From NCBI GenBank assembly GCA_025357055.1, contig JANXPZ010000003.1, forward strand, positions 1-63,883: a DNA stretch of 63,883 nt, read 5' to 3'. The DNA is from Candidatus Eiseniibacteriota bacterium. Lineage in GTDB: Bacteria > Eisenbacteria > RBG-16-71-46. Positions 18,665-28,427 of this stretch are shown one piece after another. Positions within the stretch are counted from its first letter, which is position 1, and every line of letters starts with the position of its first letter. The translations under genes were made by a program, and so were the position numbers. The notes under the pieces were generated by a model. It was not told the origin of the DNA. It did not search any database and saw only the letters and a list, made by a program, of their open reading frames with translations.

Positions 18665-19145
18665 GGCTGAACAGCGACCTTCCGCTCCCGAGGCTGACGA
18701 GAGCAAGCACGAGCACGCCGAGCGGTGCGGTGACCAGGCCTGAGACCACCACATGCCCGAGCAGGAACCGCCAGCCCGCGACCCCACCCAGCTCGAAGAC
18801 GAGAGCCCAGGCCTGGTGGGCCAGCGTGGCGGCGAAGAGGAGCATGAACTGCGTCGCCGGATTGCCGCGCACCAGCGCACCCGAAAGCCGGCCCACCCCA
18901 TAGCCGACCAGTGCCAGCGCCAGCGCGTGCCGCCCCAGCCAGTGCGCTGCGTCGAGGTCGGCCGCCAGCCCCAGCACGAAGCCGAAGGTCGACCCCTGGC
19001 TCTCGCCCCAGCGCAGGGCCCACACCACGGTGACGAAGGCCAGCACGTCCACGATGACGCCGCGCGCCGCGAGCTCGGAAAGCGCGGTCGAACGGATGAG
19101 CAGCGCCACGCCCGCGAGCAGCAGCAACCCGGCGAACACCCTCAT
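18633..19145 (-). CDS. mreD: Rod-shape-determining protein MreD
   Basis: 170-aa polytopic membrane protein (MRVFAGLLLLAGVALL...) between mreC and mrdA. ATGA overlap with the mreC stop. Confidence 0.7.
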   Translation of the reverse strand: MRVFAGLLLLAGVALLIRSTALSELAARGVIVDVLAFVTVVWALRWGESQGSTFGFVLGLAADLDAAHWLGRHALALALVGYGVGRLSGALVRGNPATQFMLLFAATLAHQAWALVFELGGVAGWRFLLGHVVVSGLVTAPLGVLVLALVSLGSGRSLFSRAAIETTSRT

Positions 19146-19966
19146 CGCACCACCTCCGCGCCCGGTGCGCCCGGGAGAACGGGCCCGGGCACCACGTAGA
19201 CGTGACGCAGCCGCGACCGGCGCGCCGCCGGCGCGACCTCGATCTCGCGCGTGAGCCCGTTCAGGTCGCGAGCGAGCCGCTCGACGCGACCCACCGGCAG
19301 CCCGCGTGGATAGCGCAACGAGAGACCGGAAGTGAGCACGACCTGCCCCACGCGCACGGTGTCCGCCATCGGCACCCCGGTCAGCAACAGCTGCGGCCGC
19401 GGAGAGGTGAAGAAGCGCAGCACGCCCTGGACTCCCGTGCTCTCCACCTCGCAGGCCACGGCAGAGTTCGGGTCGGAGAGCAGGATGACGCGGGCGAGCC
19501 CGGCGTAGACCTCCCCGACCCGGCCCACCAGCCCATCGTTCGACACCACCGCGTCGCCGACCTTCACGCCCTGCAGGGCGCCGGCGCTCAACGTGGCCGA
19601 AGTCGGGACCGGCTCGCCGGCCAGCGCGAGCACCTCGGCCCGCCGCAGGGTCAACGTCCGATAGGCCGGCAGGCCCAGGCTGTCGCGCAGCCGCAGGTTC
19701 TCCACACCCGCCTGGTGCAGCCGGGTGACTTCGAGCTCCAGGCGGGTGATGCGCTCGTGCAGGCGCTCGTTCTCGCGCCAGGCGGCGCCCACGCGGTCGA
19801 CCACCAGCACCAACCGGTCGAACGGGGCGAACAACCAGGCACCGGCACCGCGCAGTCCGGACTGCGGGATGCGGTCGCCGGTGAGCATGAGGAGCAGGGC
19901 GATCGTCGCGTAGAGTCCGAGCAGGACCCCGCTGCGGCGCTCGGCGGGCGGGAGGAAGCCTCCCAT
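19142..19966 (-). CDS. mreC: Rod-shape-determining protein MreC
   Basis: 274 aa. N-terminal transmembrane segment, coiled coil (ENERLHERITRLELEVTRL), beta domains (VVSNDGLVGRVGEV, VLTSGLSLRYPRGLPVGRV). Confidence 0.85.
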   Translation of the reverse strand: MGGFLPPAERRSGVLLGLYATIALLLMLTGDRIPQSGLRGAGAWLFAPFDRLVLVVDRVGAAWRENERLHERITRLELEVTRLHQAGVENLRLRDSLGLPAYRTLTLRRAEVLALAGEPVPTSATLSAGALQGVKVGDAVVSNDGLVGRVGEVYAGLARVILLSDPNSAVACEVESTGVQGVLRFFTSPRPQLLLTGVPMADTVRVGQVVLTSGLSLRYPRGLPVGRVERLARDLNGLTREIEVAPAARRSRLRHVYVVPGPVLPGAPGAEVVR

Positions 19967-20090
19967 CAGGCGACCGGCGGGGGTCCGTCCGCAGCGCCGG
20001 AGCGGCCATCCCTCGTTGCCGAACAGCAGCGGACACCCCCCGCTCGCCGCGGCCGACTCACCTCGGACCTGGGCATCTGCCGGCTGCCCG

Positions 20091-21128
20091 TCAGTCCTTG
20101 TGGCCGCGCAGGATCACCTTCTCGTAGTCCTCGAGCTGCTCGAGGATCTTCCCCGCCCCGAGCACCACGCAGGTGAGGGGATCCTGGGCCACTCGGACAT
20201 TGAGGTTGGTGACCTCGCGCATGAGCAGGTCGAGACCGCGCAGCAGTGCCCCTCCTCCGCTGAGGTAGATGCCCCGATCCACGATGTCCGCGGCCAGCTC
20301 GGGGGGCGTGCGCTCGAGGGACTCCCGCAGGGCGTTGACGATGGCGGTGACCGGTTCCTCGAGGGCCTCGCGGATCTCGACGCTGGAGACCCGCAAAGTG
20401 CGCGGGATGCCGCGCACCAGGTCGCGCCCCTTGATCTCCATGTCCATCTCCTCGGTGAGCGGGAAAGCCGAGCCGATCTCGATCTTGATGCGCTCCGCTG
20501 TCTGCTCGCCGATGAGCATGTTGTACGCCTTCTTGGCGTAGTTGACGATGGCCTCGTCCATCTCGTCGCCGCCCACGCGGATCGACGTCTTCGTGACGAT
20601 GCCGTTCAGCGCGATGACGGCGATCTCGGTCGTGCCGCCGCCGATGTCCACCACCATGTTGCCGGTCGGGGTGTCCACCGGGAGCCCCACGCCGATGGCG
20701 GCCGCGATGGGCTCGGGCACCAGCAGCACCTGGCGCGCGCCAGCGCGCTCGGCCGAGTCGACGACCGCGCGCTTCTCCACCTCGGTGATGCCCGAGGGCA
20801 CGCAGATGATGATGCGCGGGCGATAGAGGAACTTGTGTTTCTGGACGCGCTGGATGAATTCACGCAGCAGGTCCTCGGTGATCTCGAAGTCGGCGATCAC
20901 GCCGTCCTTGAGAGGCCTCACGGCGCTGATCTCGTCCGGGGTGCGGCCAAGCATCAACTTGGCCTCTCTGCCCACGGCCAGGACCTTGCCGGTGGCCTTC
21001 TCCACGGCCACGACCGAAGGCTCGTTGAGCACGATCCCGCGGCCCTTGACGAAGACCAGGGTGTTCGCGGTACCCAGGTCCATGGCCGCGTCGGTTGAGA
21101 AGAAGCCCATCAGGTTGCTGAGGAACAT
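20091..21128 (-). CDS. mreB: Actin-like rod-shape protein MreB
   Basis: Start re-placed to the ATG at 21128 ([41 protein letters not shown]). Motifs: [31 protein letters not shown]. Confidence 0.95.
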   Translation of the reverse strand: MFLSNLMGFFSTDAAMDLGTANTLVFVKGRGIVLNEPSVVAVEKATGKVLAVGREAKLMLGRTPDEISAVRPLKDGVIADFEITEDLLREFIQRVQKHKFLYRPRIIICVPSGITEVEKRAVVDSAERAGARQVLLVPEPIAAAIGVGLPVDTPTGNMVVDIGGGTTEIAVIALNGIVTKTSIRVGGDEMDEAIVNYAKKAYNMLIGEQTAERIKIEIGSAFPLTEEMDMEIKGRDLVRGIPRTLRVSSVEIREALEEPVTAIVNALRESLERTPPELAADIVDRGIYLSGGGALLRGLDLLMREVTNLNVRVAQDPLTCVVLGAGKILEQLEDYEKVILRGHKD

Positions 21129-21462
21129 CCCTGTCTCTCCGGTTTCGGCTCGTCGAGCCGGGGGGGCAGATCTGGAACCGGCGCTGTCGGAGAAGCCGCA
21201 GGGCCCGCGGGCGAGCGGACCTTGTCTTCCATGACCATGCGCCATTGCACGCTAGCACCCGTGCCGACAGGCCGCAAGCGGAGAGTCCGGAGGGGCGGAG
21301 ACGACGGCGCCGCCGAGGTGGACCGTGCCAACGCCTGGGCCCGGCGGGCCACCGGGCCCAGGCGGGACGATGGAGACCGCCTCCGCCATCACTCCTCCCA
21401 TCCGCCCTTCTCCCCGCGGAACACCGGGGCCGCGGGGTAGTAACACGAGACACCGTGCTGCG

Positions 21463-21492
21463 TTGACCCTCTTTCGAAGCGGATGATAGTGT
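21463..21492 (+). promoter_or_regulatory. Candidate sigma-70 promoter for the barrel/lipoprotein operon
   Basis: TTGACC (21463..21468), an 18-nt spacer ending in TG, then TAGTGT (21487..21492), about 35 nt upstream of the ATG at 21527. Pattern match only. Confidence 0.25.
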
Positions 21493-21526
21493 CGAACGCC
21501 GTGATGAAGCTCATCCTCGCGCACTC

Positions 21527-23668
21527 ATGATCCGGGCCCGGCGCCTCGCCCTCCTTCTCCTGCCTGCCGCGTTGGAGTTGATTCTTGCTGTCCTCCCGGG
21601 GCACGCCCAGCAGACGGAATCCTCGCGCTACGCGTTCGCGGACACGACCCTCCTGAGGGACACGCTGGGGCTGCATTTCGACCGCCTGTTCCCGGTGGCC
21701 GACAGCCTGACCCTCACCCCCGACACGCTGCGGGCGCTCTCGGTGCGATATCGCTGGCCGCTGGAGCGCCTGGTCTGGCTCTCGGACAGCCTGCGCATGC
21801 CGGTGGACAGCGTGGGGGTGTACCTCGCCCGGGAGCGTTTCAACCCGCTCGCGGGCGCGGTCAGCCAGCTCACCACGTTCCGCTACAGCAGCGGCTACAC
21901 CGTCCAGCAGACCTCGAACTCATGGAGCAACACCGGGGACTACAAGCTCGTGCTGGGCTCCCTGTTCCTGCAGAACACCACGACCATCCAGATCGACCGC
22001 TACACCGCCGGCACGCAGACGAGCCTGCGGCAGTCCCGCTCATCGGGGACCGAGGGCGGCTGGCGGTTCTCCCCGGACTTCTCGCTCGGCGCGCGGGCCA
22101 ACCTCGACCGTTTCAACAGCCGCGACCCCGGGTCCATCAACAATCAGGGCGAGAGCAAGAACGACTTCCAGCTCTCGGTCCGAACGCGCCAGCAGCCACG
22201 GCGCGGGCTGCGTTCGGAAGTGAACTTCTTCTCGGGCCTGCTGGACCTCTCCAATTTCCAGCAGATCAAGCGAGGCGCCTCGGCGGACCTGAACGGGACC
22301 CTGCGACTGCAGAGCCGCTACCTCACCCATGACCTCTCCGGCCAGATGAACGGCAACCTGTCGCGCACCCGCACCCCCAACGCCGCCAGCAGCGCGCGCA
22401 CGAGCGACCTGAGCAACAACCTGCGCGGCACCCTCGGCCTCCTGCCCGGCAAGGCGGTGGGACTCAACCTGAATTACTCCATCCGCCGCATCCGGGTGGA
22501 GACCCCCGCGGATTCGGGCACGACCCGCCAGGTGCGCACCTTCAACAGCAGCGCCGACGCCACCCTGCGCCTGCGCCAGAGCAACGACCGCTACGTGAAC
22601 GCGACCGGGCGCTACGGCGCGCAGGACCAGGAGCAGGGCGGCACGCTCAACTCCTCGTCCAGCCGGAAGGACCTCGGCTTCGGGCTCGACGGCCGCTTCC
22701 TGATGGCCGGATGGAACCTCGAGAGCCGCTTCTCGCTGGCGAACACCCGCTCGGAGTATCCGACTCGCGCAGCCACGGGAGGGTACGGCGAATCGCTCAA
22801 GGTGGCGACGATCGACGGCACGCTCTCCCGCAAGCTCACCCGGAAGATCCTCTTGCGGGCCACCGGCAGCGTCAGCCTCAACTCCTACCGCTACTACATC
22901 ATCGGCGACTACAAGAACCCGCCCGTGGACCGCGACCAGTACCGCCAGAACTACCGGATCGAGACCCAGTACACCGGGTCGACGCGCTTCAACAGCGGAC
23001 TCGTCCTGGACGTGACCCGGAACCTGCTGGTGAACCTCCGGGCCGGCAGCACGGCGTCCAACACCGAGGCCACCGCCTACCGGGCGGAGTGGCGCTGGAG
23101 CTATCGCCTGCTGCGGGGACTGACGGCCACCCAGAACAACTCGATCAGCGCCGACTACATGCACTTCAACTACACTCCCACGAACGACCGGCTCTCGATG
23201 GACTACAGCACGGCCACGTCCCTGAATGCCGTGCTGTCGCCGCGCTTCACGATGGACGTCCGCCACAACGCCAAGCACCAGCCCAGCGGCACCTACACCC
23301 AGTTCCTGGACGGGCTCTACTACCTGAGCCGTTCCGAGGTGAGCGACAACTCCACGCTCTCGGCACGGCTGGCCTACACGCCGAGCCCGGCCATCTCGTT
23401 CTTCATGCAACCGGACTACCTGGCGGGCGAACGGGACGCCTCCCAGTCCGGCACGCTGGCGCCGACGCGCACCAGCCGGACCCTCAACTTCTCGGGGGGC
23501 GCCAGCCTGAACCTGCCCCTGGGGGCCAAGGGGCGCATCACCGGCGACATTCTGCGAACCTATCGCGCCGACCGCACCATCAGTTACACTAGCGGCACTC
23601 CCCTTTCGCAGCCCCGCACGGAGAGTGACTTCTGGAACGGCAGCCTGCAGATCTCGTGGGAACTTTGA
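21527..23668 (+). CDS. Large predicted outer-membrane beta-barrel protein, family unknown
   Basis: 713 aa. Signal peptide (LALLLLPAALELILAVLPGHAQQ). About 100-aa N-terminal soluble region, then about 600 aa of alternating-polarity strands rich in S/T/N/R/Y/G with frequent short turns. Ends ...LQISWEL. Confidence 0.55.
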   Translation: MIRARRLALLLLPAALELILAVLPGHAQQTESSRYAFADTTLLRDTLGLHFDRLFPVADSLTLTPDTLRALSVRYRWPLERLVWLSDSLRMPVDSVGVYLARERFNPLAGAVSQLTTFRYSSGYTVQQTSNSWSNTGDYKLVLGSLFLQNTTTIQIDRYTAGTQTSLRQSRSSGTEGGWRFSPDFSLGARANLDRFNSRDPGSINNQGESKNDFQLSVRTRQQPRRGLRSEVNFFSGLLDLSNFQQIKRGASADLNGTLRLQSRYLTHDLSGQMNGNLSRTRTPNAASSARTSDLSNNLRGTLGLLPGKAVGLNLNYSIRRIRVETPADSGTTRQVRTFNSSADATLRLRQSNDRYVNATGRYGAQDQEQGGTLNSSSSRKDLGFGLDGRFLMAGWNLESRFSLANTRSEYPTRAATGGYGESLKVATIDGTLSRKLTRKILLRATGSVSLNSYRYYIIGDYKNPPVDRDQYRQNYRIETQYTGSTRFNSGLVLDVTRNLLVNLRAGSTASNTEATAYRAEWRWSYRLLRGLTATQNNSISADYMHFNYTPTNDRLSMDYSTATSLNAVLSPRFTMDVRHNAKHQPSGTYTQFLDGLYYLSRSEVSDNSTLSARLAYTPSPAISFFMQPDYLAGERDASQSGTLAPTRTSRTLNFSGGASLNLPLGAKGRITGDILRTYRADRTISYTSGTPLSQPRTESDFWNGSLQISWEL

Positions 23669-24330
23669 CCCGCCGGGCCTACCGCCCGCTTCGCGCCGGG
23701 CTCGCCCTCGGCTTGCTGGCCCTGCTCCTCGCGGGCTGCAACCTGTTCAAGCCCGCCACCCCCGAAGTCGGCGGAGGAGGAGCCACCCTGCTCCCCAACT
23801 ACGCCACACCGGAGAGCTGCCTGCGTTACATGAAGATCGGGATCGAGCGCAAGGACAACCTCGGCCAGAACGCCTACCTCGGGGCGCTGGCGGACAGCAT
23901 GGCAGACGGTCTCGGCTTCCACGCCTTCTTCGACCCGGCCGTGTGGAACGCCTATGACGGCATCCGGCCGGCGGACTGGAATCTGGGTTACGAGGCCCAG
24001 TTCCTGCCCCTCTACTTCAGCGTGAAACTGAGCCCGTACGAGATGAAGTGGCTGCCCGACGAGGTCTACCCGTACGACTACCTGAGCCCCGAGGGCGATC
24101 GCATGATCCTGCATCGGCGCTACGAGGTCCGCGCCCTGCAGCAGGCCCCGGTCGACACGCTGCTCATCACCGTGGGCTACGCGGACCTGTACTTCGCCAG
24201 GATCTCGGCGTCCCGCTGGGCCCTCTATCGCTGGGAGGATCGCGTGGACCTCGTCATCGGGGCACGGCCTGCCATCGATGAACAGCGCACTTTCGGCTAC
24301 CGCCGGCTCAACGCCGGAGCGGGAGGATGA
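23656..24330 (+). CDS. Lipoprotein, paralogue 1 (NTF2/SnoaL-like guess)
   Basis: 224 aa. Lipobox LLLAG|C followed by NLFKP. Starts at GTG 23656 or TTG 23665, either way overlapping the barrel gene stop. Shares PE-x-x-L...ERKD and W-x-x-Y-R-W-E-D motifs with the next gene. Confidence 0.6.
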   Translation: MGTLTRRAYRPLRAGLALGLLALLLAGCNLFKPATPEVGGGGATLLPNYATPESCLRYMKIGIERKDNLGQNAYLGALADSMADGLGFHAFFDPAVWNAYDGIRPADWNLGYEAQFLPLYFSVKLSPYEMKWLPDEVYPYDYLSPEGDRMILHRRYEVRALQQAPVDTLLITVGYADLYFARISASRWALYRWEDRVDLVIGARPAIDEQRTFGYRRLNAGAGG

Positions 24331-25121
24331 CCGCCATGAGGATCCGTCACATCGCGTGCGCAGGGCTGGTCGCGTTGCTGATGCTGGGCGTGAGCGGCTG
24401 CTTCAACCCGTTCGACCCCCGCATCGCGCCGACCACCGGCATCTATGTCCCGCCCCCCACGCCCAACTCCCCCCAGAATGTGATCCGCCTGTTCGAATGG
24501 GTCTGGAAGAACCGTGACATCACCGTCTACAAGGAGATCCTCACGGACGACTTCCGTTTCATCTTCGCGCTCGGCGACTCGGCGGGGAACCTGTTCCGCG
24601 AGGATCCCGTAACCCGCGAGATGGAGCTGAACATCGCGCGCAACCTGTTCGTGGGCGGCGGTTCGGCGGCGCCGGCCACCAGCATCGTCCTGGTCCTGGA
24701 CCCCACCTTGCGCGCGTTGCCCGACAGCCGGCCGGGCAAGAACCCGAGATGGCACAACGAGATCGTCACCAGCGTAGACCTCAACATCAAGACGGAGGAC
24801 GGCGCGGAGTACCGCATCATGGGCAACGCCCGCTTCTTCGTGGTGCGCGGGGACTCCGCGCTGATCCCCAAGGAATTGGGCGTCGGGCCCGATTCGACCC
24901 GCTGGTACATCGACCAGTGGCACGATGAGACCCTGCAGGGGTCTGCCGCCATGGCCCCCGACCCGGCCGGAGCGGGGCAGCTCCGGGCCGCCCTGCCATT
25001 CGGCCGCGTGACGGTCTCGGCAGCCGGTCGCGCCCCGCGGCGCCCGATCGCGCCTGCCGCGGTCACCGCGCAGCCATTCGAGATGTCCTGGGGCAAGCTC
25101 AACGCGCTGTACGCCTACTAG
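24327..25121 (+). CDS. Lipoprotein, paralogue 2, with C-terminal extension
   Basis: 264 aa. Lipobox LGVSG|C followed by FNPFDP. PQNVIRLFEWVWKNRD, ILTDDFRFIF, RWYIDQWHDET. An extra Ala/Pro-rich tail ends in SWGKLNALYAY. ATGA overlap with the previous gene. Confidence 0.6.
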   Translation: MTAMRIRHIACAGLVALLMLGVSGCFNPFDPRIAPTTGIYVPPPTPNSPQNVIRLFEWVWKNRDITVYKEILTDDFRFIFALGDSAGNLFREDPVTREMELNIARNLFVGGGSAAPATSIVLVLDPTLRALPDSRPGKNPRWHNEIVTSVDLNIKTEDGAEYRIMGNARFFVVRGDSALIPKELGVGPDSTRWYIDQWHDETLQGSAAMAPDPAGAGQLRAALPFGRVTVSAAGRAPRRPIAPAAVTAQPFEMSWGKLNALYAY

Positions 25122-25164
25122 GAAGCCATGAGCCGGGGCGCTCTCGGCGCCCCCAGGTAAGGAG

Positions 25165-25194
25165 CGGCCCGTGGAGGGCACCCCCCACGGGCCG
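25165..25194 (+). terminator. Candidate hairpin terminator of the barrel/lipoprotein operon
   Basis: Perfect 10-bp stem CGGCCCGTGG / CCACGGGCCG with a 10-nt loop, 44 nt after the stop. Weak T tract (TCGTGT). Confidence 0.35.
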
Positions 25195-25396
25195 TCGTGT
25201 CCCCGGACGCCGGATCGGCAGGCCAGCCCTGGCCCGACCTCGAAGCTGTCGCCGGATGGTCCCTGGCTCCCCGGTCTCCAGGAGAAGCCTGCGCCCATCT
25301 GGCCCGCGGTGCCCGGCAGCAGGGTTGCCCCCACCAGCAGGCGACGAGCCCGCGGGCGGCGCGTCCCCCGGGCGCGGCGGGCGGACCCCGAACGAG

Positions 25397-25426
25397 CGAG
25401 GGGGGCGCCCGGAGGCGCCCCCCTCG
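25397..25426 (-). terminator. Candidate hairpin terminator of the porin-like gene
   Basis: Perfect 13-bp GC-rich stem CGAGGGGGGCGCC / GGCGCCCCCCTCG with a 4-nt loop, 22 nt downstream of the stop at 25449. Poor U tract. Confidence 0.45.
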
Positions 25427-25448
25427 TGTTCGTCTGCGACTGCCGCGA

Positions 25449-26948
25449 TCAGAACGAGTAGGTCGCGGTGACTCTCGGGAACATCACGCTCGAGTAGTCG
25501 TTGCTCTCGCCCGTCGTCTCGCCGGTGATGAAGTACGGACCGTTGTGGACGAAGTCCGGATTCACCGTCGCGTCGAGCTGCAGGTTGCCGAACTTGAAGC
25601 CGGCGCCCAGCATCATCGTGAACGGCGAGTAGTGCTCGGTGATCGTGTTGTCGTACCAGACGGTGCCATCGGCGTCGAGGTCCTTCTCCTGGTACTTCCA
25701 CGTGTAGAACACGCCCTGCTGGGCGCCGAACCGCAGCGTCAGCCAGGAGTTCACGTGCGTCTCGAGGGCCGCGAAGACCATCGGCATCATGGTCTCGGTG
25801 TACTTGTACTCGTCGACGACGTAAGGCGTCGAGTAGGTGACGAGGCCACCTTCGTCGACGGTGTAGTCGATGTAACGGTACTTCTCGGTCTCCTTGTTGC
25901 TGGCGACCGTCGCTCCCAGCACGAACAGGTCGTTCTGGTTGAGCGTCCAGTTGCCCGCCAGGCCGAGCTGCCAGCCGCTGTAGTGGTCTTCGACCGGCGT
26001 GAACGCGATCTTCACGGCATTGGTGGTCGCCACGTCTTCCGGAACCCAGAACTCAGCCTTGGCGTCCGCGTTCATGCTGTAGAACTTGAACACCGGCACG
26101 ACCAGCAGGTTGGGCTGCGCCTGCCACAGTGCGCGCGCGGCCATCAGGTAGGCGGCCGAGCCGTCGTTCTCCCACTTCTGACCGGGCGCGAAGCCTTCAC
26201 CGTCATAGTAGTGGGGGAAGGAGCCGCTGTCGTACGTGTAGTTACCCAGGAACTGGCTCTTGTCGTACAACGTGTCCTTGGCCATGAACGTACGGCTCTG
26301 GAAGAGGATCGAGCCCTCGACGCTGAGCTTCGGGCTCAGCTCGAACCCGACACCGCCGCCGAAGCCGAGGATGTTGCGGTCGTAGTTGAGGTCCTGGGGA
26401 TAGCCCTCCAGCGCGTTCCAGGGGTTATCGCCCTTGATGTCGTTCCAGGTGCCCGAATAGTAGTAGTCGATCGTCGGGTCGCCCTTGAGACGGGCATAGG
26501 AGCGGTTCATCTGCAGACCCAGGCTCATCGTCCCGAACTTCTTGCCCCACAGCAGATCGAAGGAGTGGTTGGTGTTCGAGTTCGGGTCCCAGCCGTCATA
26601 GCCGGCGCCGACCGGCGTATTGGCGTCGGCCTGGCCCAGCTGCGAGGTCTCCTCGGCCAGGCGGACACCGATCGTGCCGAATCTGCCGTCGAAGAGGTTG
26701 CCGATGATCGCGCCCACGGCCCGATCCTCGGTGTTCGAGTCGCTGTACCAGTTGCCGAGCTCGCCGTAGACGACGTTGCCGACGCAGCTGATGTTCGAAA
26801 GGTACGTGTAGACGTTCGTGTAGTCCTTGATGTAGTCGCCCTGGATCCCCATGCCCGCCACGCGGGAGGTCGACGCACCCGCAACGACCGGGAACGCGAT
26901 GAGGAGGACAGACGCCAGGAGCAGCCACTTCACGGTGCGAGAACTCAT
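25449..26948 (-). CDS. Porin-like outer-membrane beta-barrel protein
   Basis: Start re-placed to the ATG at 26948 (MSSRTVKWLLLASVLLIAFPVVAGAS), with AAGGAGG 7 nt upstream. Aromatic/Gly-rich alternating strands. Canonical C-terminal ...RVTATYSF. Composition looks lower-GC than its neighbours. Confidence 0.65.
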   Translation of the reverse strand: MSSRTVKWLLLASVLLIAFPVVAGASTSRVAGMGIQGDYIKDYTNVYTYLSNISCVGNVVYGELGNWYSDSNTEDRAVGAIIGNLFDGRFGTIGVRLAEETSQLGQADANTPVGAGYDGWDPNSNTNHSFDLLWGKKFGTMSLGLQMNRSYARLKGDPTIDYYYSGTWNDIKGDNPWNALEGYPQDLNYDRNILGFGGGVGFELSPKLSVEGSILFQSRTFMAKDTLYDKSQFLGNYTYDSGSFPHYYDGEGFAPGQKWENDGSAAYLMAARALWQAQPNLLVVPVFKFYSMNADAKAEFWVPEDVATTNAVKIAFTPVEDHYSGWQLGLAGNWTLNQNDLFVLGATVASNKETEKYRYIDYTVDEGGLVTYSTPYVVDEYKYTETMMPMVFAALETHVNSWLTLRFGAQQGVFYTWKYQEKDLDADGTVWYDNTITEHYSPFTMMLGAGFKFGNLQLDATVNPDFVHNGPYFITGETTGESNDYSSVMFPRVTATYSF

Positions 26949-27249
26949 TAGAACAGCCTCCTTGCTTGAGAGAGCCACGAAATCCACGAAACAGAATCAC
27001 CGCCGGTCTGGATGGCCGGGGCACTGCCACGCGGTCTGGTTCGGAGCCCCACCTCCTTTCAAGAGATCTTCATCAATTTTGTATTGACAAGGTAAAGGCT
27101 CCACCGCCTCCGTGCGGGTGGAGCTCACCAAGAAATAGCCAAGACCTTGGGTTCTCACCCCGGGCCCCTGGCACACGCCCGCAGGGAAAGTAGGGAAAGC
27201 CACGAAAGCCTGTCAAGTCGAATCTTCCAACCTCAAGGCTCGTCCGGGC

Positions 27250-28107
27250 TCACCCCGTGCCCCGCGGGGGCCTCGCCCACCCCAGGAGTTGAGGCATTAA
27301 CTCCTTGTCACACAACTGGTTCGCAGCATCCAACGAGCTGATCCTGACCATCCCGCGGCAGTGGGCATAGTACCCCCCGCCCAGGCCGATCCCGACATGC
27401 CCTGGGGGGCGCCCCGGAGCTGCGAAGAAGACGAGGTCGCCAGACTCGGGTCGGTCACCATCCGAGAGTCGCCTGGAGGCTCCGAGCTGGTGCACGGCAT
27501 CGCGCGGGAGGCTCACACCCTGCTCGGCGAGCACCTGCTGGCTGAAGCCGGAGCAATCGAACCCAAGGGCGGTCCGCCCGCCCCAGTGGTAGGGAACCCC
27601 GAGCAGGCTGAGGATCCTCTCTAGGAGCGCAGGCTTCTCGCCCCGGCAGGCGAGCGCAGCGACCGGCACCCAGCCCCTGCGTCCGTCCGGCAGCTCTACA
27701 CGGCGGTGGGCCCCAAGGCGGCGCCCACCGATGACCTGACTGTTCAGGAACAGCGGGCTCACCAGCGCCCCACGGCCGGGCCCGGTTCGAGCCTCGGCCA
27801 CCGGAATGGCCACCCGTGCGCTCGCCCTCGCTTGCCAGGAACGGGCCCGGGCGGCCGGGACGCGAACGATCCCCCAGCCCCGGACCCAGCCCCGGTAGCC
27901 GTCATCGAGGCCCTCGACCTGCCACCACTGCCCACCGGGATGCGCGTCCAGGACCCGCACGACCTCCCCCAGCAGGAGCTGGCTGGTGAGCTCGGCCCTG
28001 TGCGCGGGCCGGAGCCGCATGTCCAGCACCGCCAGGGAGACGACCGCGTGGGTGAGCCGGCTCATTACGAGGGGGGGGCTCACGAGGTACGATGGCAGTT
28101 CAAGCAT
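27250..28107 (-). CDS. C40 (NlpC/P60) family peptidase with N-terminal SH3-like domains
   Basis: 285 aa. SH3b-like GEVVRVLD...WWQV. Catalytic module YHWGGRTALGFDCSGF, GDLVFF, PGHVGIGLG. Confidence 0.8.
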   Translation of the reverse strand: MLELPSYLVSPPLVMSRLTHAVVSLAVLDMRLRPAHRAELTSQLLLGEVVRVLDAHPGGQWWQVEGLDDGYRGWVRGWGIVRVPAARARSWQARASARVAIPVAEARTGPGRGALVSPLFLNSQVIGGRRLGAHRRVELPDGRRGWVPVAALACRGEKPALLERILSLLGVPYHWGGRTALGFDCSGFSQQVLAEQGVSLPRDAVHQLGASRRLSDGDRPESGDLVFFAAPGRPPGHVGIGLGGGYYAHCRGMVRISSLDAANQLCDKELMPQLLGWARPPRGTG

Positions 28108-28427
28108 GCGGATGGGCTCCTATCCGGGGGCGCGTTTCTCCACTTCATCAAGGACCGCTCTCCAGCCGGCGCGGCCGGCCCTCGCCCGATCGGCACGCTA
28201 GCATAGCGCCTGAGGGCCTTCCACCTTCGGGGCGTCGACCATCGGTTGCGGTGCGCCAGCAGGATGTCCCCCGTGACGCGTCGGCGACCACGCCCGGCCC
28301 CGGCCTCTGCCTCGTGGCATTCGGGACGGCCGGCGGCGGGTGAGCCTGCCGCGGTCGTTCTCCTGGAAGGGTCGCTCGGCGGAGATCTCTTGACCTGCGA
28401 TGGCGACTGCGCCAATGATGAGCCGTC

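Noticed and set aside
21504-21530. An 8-codon mini-ORF (MKLILAHS) whose TGA overlaps the ATG of the barrel gene.
   Set aside because: It is too short to separate from chance, has no Shine-Dalgarno, and no comparative data are available. Noted only as a possibility.
27169-27185. A plus-strand TGGCAC-ACGCC-CGCAG resembling a sigma-54 -24/-12 element.
   Set aside because: The GC of the -12 box is one position off, there is no TTGC, and it points into the 3' end of a minus-strand gene.
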